From Octopus sinensis (taxonomy: Eukaryota), in the NCBI RefSeq assembly GCF_006345805.1, contig NW_021836202.1, positions 1 through 25,347 of the forward strand: a DNA stretch of 25,347 nt, in the 5' to 3' direction. Both the position numbers and the translations under genes were made by a program. Below, one piece after another: positions 21,331 through 25,347 of the stretch (its first letter is position 1; every line of letters begins with the position of its first letter). The notes beneath the pieces were generated by a model, which saw only the letters and a list, made by a program, of their open reading frames with translations, was not told the DNA's origin and did no database searches.

Positions 21331-22589
21331 ACAGATATAGAACGACTTTACCTGCCAAGAAAAGAGGTTAGCCGTGGACTTTAACAACTGGAACTAACAA
21401 TCAAGATTGCCACAATTGGCCTCTACACCTACCTGAAAAACTCTGATGACTTCATAAAACTTGTCTTAAAGCACGAAAACAAGAAAGCATCATACTCAGT
21501 AACAAAATAGGCAAAGGAATATCTATGTGAATTCCAAATACTACAAATCCCAGAATTAGATGTGCTGGAAACAAGCACAGAAAAAGCTAAGCGTATGAAA
21601 ACCCTGCTAAAACAGCTGCCTTACATATTCTTACTGATAAATGGTAAGAAAAACCTCTCACTGGCAAAACCCACAAAGAGAGCTAATAGTGCCGATGTTG
21701 ACAAAGCCCTTACCTATCAATGGTTAGTGTCTTCTTGCTTAAAAGCAGAAACAGAAGGGTTTATCATAGTAGTCCAAGATCAATGCCTACCTACCAGGAG
21801 CTACCAGGCCAACATATTAAATAACGGCAGTATCCCAACATGTCGTGTATGTCAAGATCAAAATGAAACCATTGATCATGTTGTCACCATGTGCAGTCTT
21901 CTTGCGCTTATAGAGTATTTCAACAAGCATGGTAGAGCAGAACAGTATATTCACCAGATAATTTGCAAAAACCTTGACCTGTCCTATGATAAAAATTGGT
22001 GGGAACACAAACCACCTCCAGTGCTTGAAAATGGTCATATCTCACTCCTCTGGAAATTCACCATTCAAACTGACAGAAAGATAGATGCGAATAGGCCAGA
22101 CACCATAGTAAAAGACTTCAGACAAAAAACATGCCTCCTCATTGATATGACTGTCCCAATCGACATAACTGTCAAGACCTACCAAAGACTGAGCAAGTGT
22201 AAAGATCTTGTAATAGTAATTGGCGAAATGTAGAACCTCAAGACTAAAACAATGCCTGTTGTCATAGGTGCCCTAGGAATGATAACGAAAGGGGCTGATT
22301 GATACCTAGTTCAGATACCAGAAAACTCCAAAAAGGCAGAAATTCAAAAGATAGTGCTCATAGGAACTGCCCATATCCTACATAAAATACTGTCTATGTA
22401 ATCTCAAATTTTAAAACAACCTTATAATTTTCTTGTTTTCTTAAACATTCTCTAGAACAATACTATATGCAAAACCAAATATATGACAACCAACATAACA
22501 CCAGCATGAACTTCTAACTTATTGTCTCTTGAGGCCTCTGGGTGAGACTTGGAGTCAACTTGTACAAATACAAAGGAAAAGTCAAACAT
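21331..22589 (+). mobile_element. R4/Dong LINE lineage A copy 2, 5'-truncated
   Basis: DIERLYLPRK..QWLVSSCLKAETEGFIIVVQDQCLPTRSYQ..CRVC..ETIDHVVTMC..ISLLWKFTIQTDRKIDANRPD..LIDMTVP..EIQKIVLIGTAHILHKILSM*; same 3' UTR end as 3661-3730; followed by (TAA)n. The track ORF 21562-22233 is part of it. Confidence 0.95.
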
Positions 22590-22598
22590 ATGGTAACG

Positions 22599-22869
<271 letters not shown>

Positions 22870-23206
22870 GTGGGAGAGCATCATAGCCATGTGTTGAGAG
22901 GGATTCTTGGAGGTTTGGATAATTCACCTCTGGAAACATGGGTGGTTCGTTCAACATCCTTAAATAACCCTTATTCAGGGACCTTTTGAGCGGGACGGGT
23001 TACTCGACCAGAAGAAAATTCTAACTGGGCCCCACCTGCAAGGTCATGTGCTGTTTATCTTGATATGAGATCACCATTTCGCGCTCATATGGTTGTCATG
23101 CATGTGCCTTGTGTACCCTTATCAGACGGGTAGTCATGATGGGTATACTAGGCTTCGTATATTTTACCCCAGTGTCACTTTGATGGCATGCACTGCTCTC
23201 TCATTC
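22870..23206 (+). mobile_element. TAA-embedded non-coding element H, copy 2 (shorter at the 5' end)
   Basis: Inverted homologue of 19447-19780. Confidence 0.85.
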
Positions 23207-23216
23207 AATAATAATA

Positions 23217-23251
<35 letters not shown>

Positions 23252-23260
23252 GTAATAATA

Positions 23261-23439
23261 GTTGCAAATTTTTCCACAAGGGCATTAATCTCGAGGAAGG
23301 CAGCGGGTCGGTTGAATCGACCCCATATACAACTAGTACTTATTTTATCGATCTCGAAAGGATGAAAGGCAAAGACAGCCTCGGCGGAATGTGAACTCAG
23401 AACGTAAAAACGAACGAAATGCAGAATCGTTAGCACGCC
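23261..23439 (-). mobile_element. SINE family 1 (tail c) with inverted head segment (23421-23439)
   Basis: Body on the minus strand from CATTTCGTTCG; GCAGAATCGTTAGCACGCC is on the plus strand immediately beside it. Confidence 0.82.
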
Positions 23440-23440
23440 A

Positions 23441-24445
23441 CGCAAAGTCAAGGTGCACTTTGAGCTAAGAAAGAATGGACCTCATCTCAACCACATTCTC
23501 TTCATGGATGATTCAAAACTGTTCGCAAAAACAGAACCTGAAATGGAGAGGCTAGGTGAAACTGTGCAAATGTGCAGGTAATGGTATAGGGATGGAATTC
23601 GGTATCTCGAAGTGTGGGGTGCTTACTTTGAAGCGGGAAAAAGAGTAAATTATAGAGGCATAAAATTGCCAAACGGAGAGAAAATGGAATACCCGGATGA
23701 TGATGGGTACAAGTACCTTGGGATCCTGGAGCTGGACAATATCTTGCATAAAGAAATGAAAGACAAGGTCATCAGTGCATAGCGCCTTAAACTTCTCTTG
23801 ATATCAAAACTCAACTCAAGGAACCTTGTGACTTCCATCAACACATGAGCGGTTTCTGTAGTCCGCAATAGTGCATCCATCTTGAAATGGACACAAGCGG
23901 AGATTAACCAGCTCGATCACACTACCCGAAAGACAATGGCAATGTATGGTGCCCTCCACCGTAAAACAAATGTAAACATGCTCTAAATGAAGAGAGGTAA
24001 AGGTGTACATGGGTTGATTAGCGTACGGGAGTACAACAGTGAAAGAAGAAACATGGCAGAATATTTGGTAAACAGCAAACAAGACCTGCTACAGTATGCT
24101 GCTAATGCAAAAGGAGTTAACAAAAATGGACTTGAGAGTGCTCATGGATTCCGATCAAGAACAGTCAACGAGAGAGAAGAAACCGTAGTCTGCATGGAAT
24201 TGCATGGTCAGTTCCATCGTGAAACCAACAATTTAAAAGACCAGGAAGCATCATGGAGAAACCAGGACTTACAAACACATATAACATACAGAAAATTGCA
24301 CTACTAGGCACTGCACACTCTACGCAGAACACTTTCAATACAGTAACCATCAGAGCATCACAACAAATCGCAGCACATTACAACAAGGCACACAGAGCTG
24401 CGCTCGGTAGTGAAGTGAAAGCACGCTATAAAAATAAAACTACTG
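23441..24445 (+). mobile_element. R4/Dong LINE lineage D, degenerate RT half joined directly to an ORF end and 3' UTR
   Basis: NHILFMDDSKLF (FMDD 23501-23512), GMEFGISKC, YKYLGILE, SKLNSRNL..INT, LHGQFHRE..SW, then a jump to YNIQKIALLGTAH..RTLSIQ* and a UTR ending ACTACTG(AAT)n. Confidence 0.9.
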
Positions 24446-24449
24446 AATG

Positions 24450-24493
<44 letters not shown>

Positions 24494-24505
24494 TATAATA
24501 TAATA

Positions 24506-24539
<34 letters not shown>

Positions 24540-24560
24540 CATATAATAATAATAATAATA

Positions 24561-24716
24561 ATTTTGACAAAGGCCAGCATTTTCGAGAGAAGGCGAGTAA
24601 GTCGATGACATCGATACCAGAGTTCAACTGGTACTTTATTTTATCGACCCCGAGAGCACGAAATGCAAGGTCGACCTCGACATTTTTCCGACATTCTAAT
24701 TATTCTGCCAGCTCTA
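24561..24716 (-). mobile_element. SINE family 1 (tail c) with internal deletion removing the B-box
   Basis: Reverse complement GAGCTGGCAGAATAATTAG..GGAAAAATG|TCGAGGTCGACC..GGGGTCGATAAAATAAAGTACCAG..AAATGCTGGCCTTTG. Confidence 0.8.
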
Positions 24717-24719
24717 ATT

Positions 24720-24990
24720 TGTTATTGGCCACAAGTGCCTGAAAAACACATGGAACAATACAAGGACAAAAAACAGTGGGGATTAAGAAAGAAATTGATA
24801 GCAAAATTCCCGCAATAACGGTAGTGAAGTATCGCCCAGGGGCAAACAAAGAACCCCGCGGCTAAAAAACACATCCACGAGCTCCATACGAACACGTGAT
24901 GCTTTCTCTGTTGAGACTGTATTTGATGGCGTGATTCAGTTGAGGAAAATTCGAGCAAACTGGATCAAATAAAGATGGGTGGCAGTGACA
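24720..24990 (-). mobile_element. Tail-a-bearing element with non-SINE upstream sequence (probable LINE 3' UTR)
   Basis: Minus strand ends CTTAATCCCCACTG..GTCCTTGTATTGTTCC..CAGGCACTTGTGGCCAATAAC; the upstream boundary is uncertain. Confidence 0.45.
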
Positions 24991-25052
24991 GAGTCAGGCA
25001 AAAACTATGGAAACCCAAGCAGATATCCTTAACTTATATAGTCAACTTTGGG

Positions 25053-25230
25053 TCTACGTGCCTTAGTGGTTTGGGGTTGTGGCCTCTTCATTGTAAGATT
25101 GTGCTTTCGATTCGTGAAAACGGGTGATGTGCCGTGTACTTGAGCAAAACGCTTTAGTTCACGTTGCTCCAGTCCATTCATCTAACAAAATCGAGTGTTC
25201 CTGCGACGGGTCGCTTCCCATCCGATCGGA
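25053..25230 (+). mobile_element. SINE family 3-related copy with a different downstream domain
   Basis: TGCCTTAGTGGTT A-box, degenerate B-box, CTTGAGCAAAACGCTTTAGTTCACGTTGCTCCAGTCCA shared with family 3, then CCTGCGACGGGTCGCTTCCCATCC resembling the Meta/V-SINE-type motif as recalled. Confidence 0.7.
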
Positions 25231-25347
25231 AATACAGCAATCTCTCGACTATTGCGGGTATTACGTTCCAAAAGCACCCACTGTGAAGTAGAAACAGTAC
25301 TGTACTGTATTTATCTATTTTTATTCTTTTTATAATCTGTATATATT

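Noticed and set aside
20848-21384. 178-aa acidic/basic ORF
   Set aside because: It is a chance fusion of antisense SINE, a Dong fragment, the GAA/GGA array and the start of another Dong copy.

Overview
This is AT-rich, microsatellite-dense eukaryotic intergenic or intronic DNA with no intact host gene that I can support. The repeat content (tRNA-headed CORE-like and Nin-like SINEs, R4/Dong LINEs, long TAA/TA/GATA arrays) looks like an octopus or other cephalopod genome; that assignment is inference from recalled repeat families. Nearly all non-microsatellite sequence is retroelement debris. There are about nine R4/Dong-clade LINE fragments from roughly six lineages, most bounded by (TAA)n, plus a TAA-embedded non-coding element in two inverted copies. 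Also present are an RTE reverse-transcriptase relic, a Penelope-like GIY-YIG relic, an L1/Tx1-like 3' end, three SINE families and a small hAT-like MITE. The most interesting signals are five. (1) A hairpin in the head of one SINE family is a recurrent breakpoint or re-insertion site, giving 180-bp tandem units, an inversion and a deletion. (2) There are two hammerhead-ribozyme-like cores. (3) A GG-pentaloop hairpin is shared by otherwise unrelated Dong 3' ends and the non-coding element. (4) A SINE tail appears to come from a LINE present in the same window. (5) One Dong copy is broken almost only by -1 indels that look like sequencing errors. All alignments and translations were done by eye.
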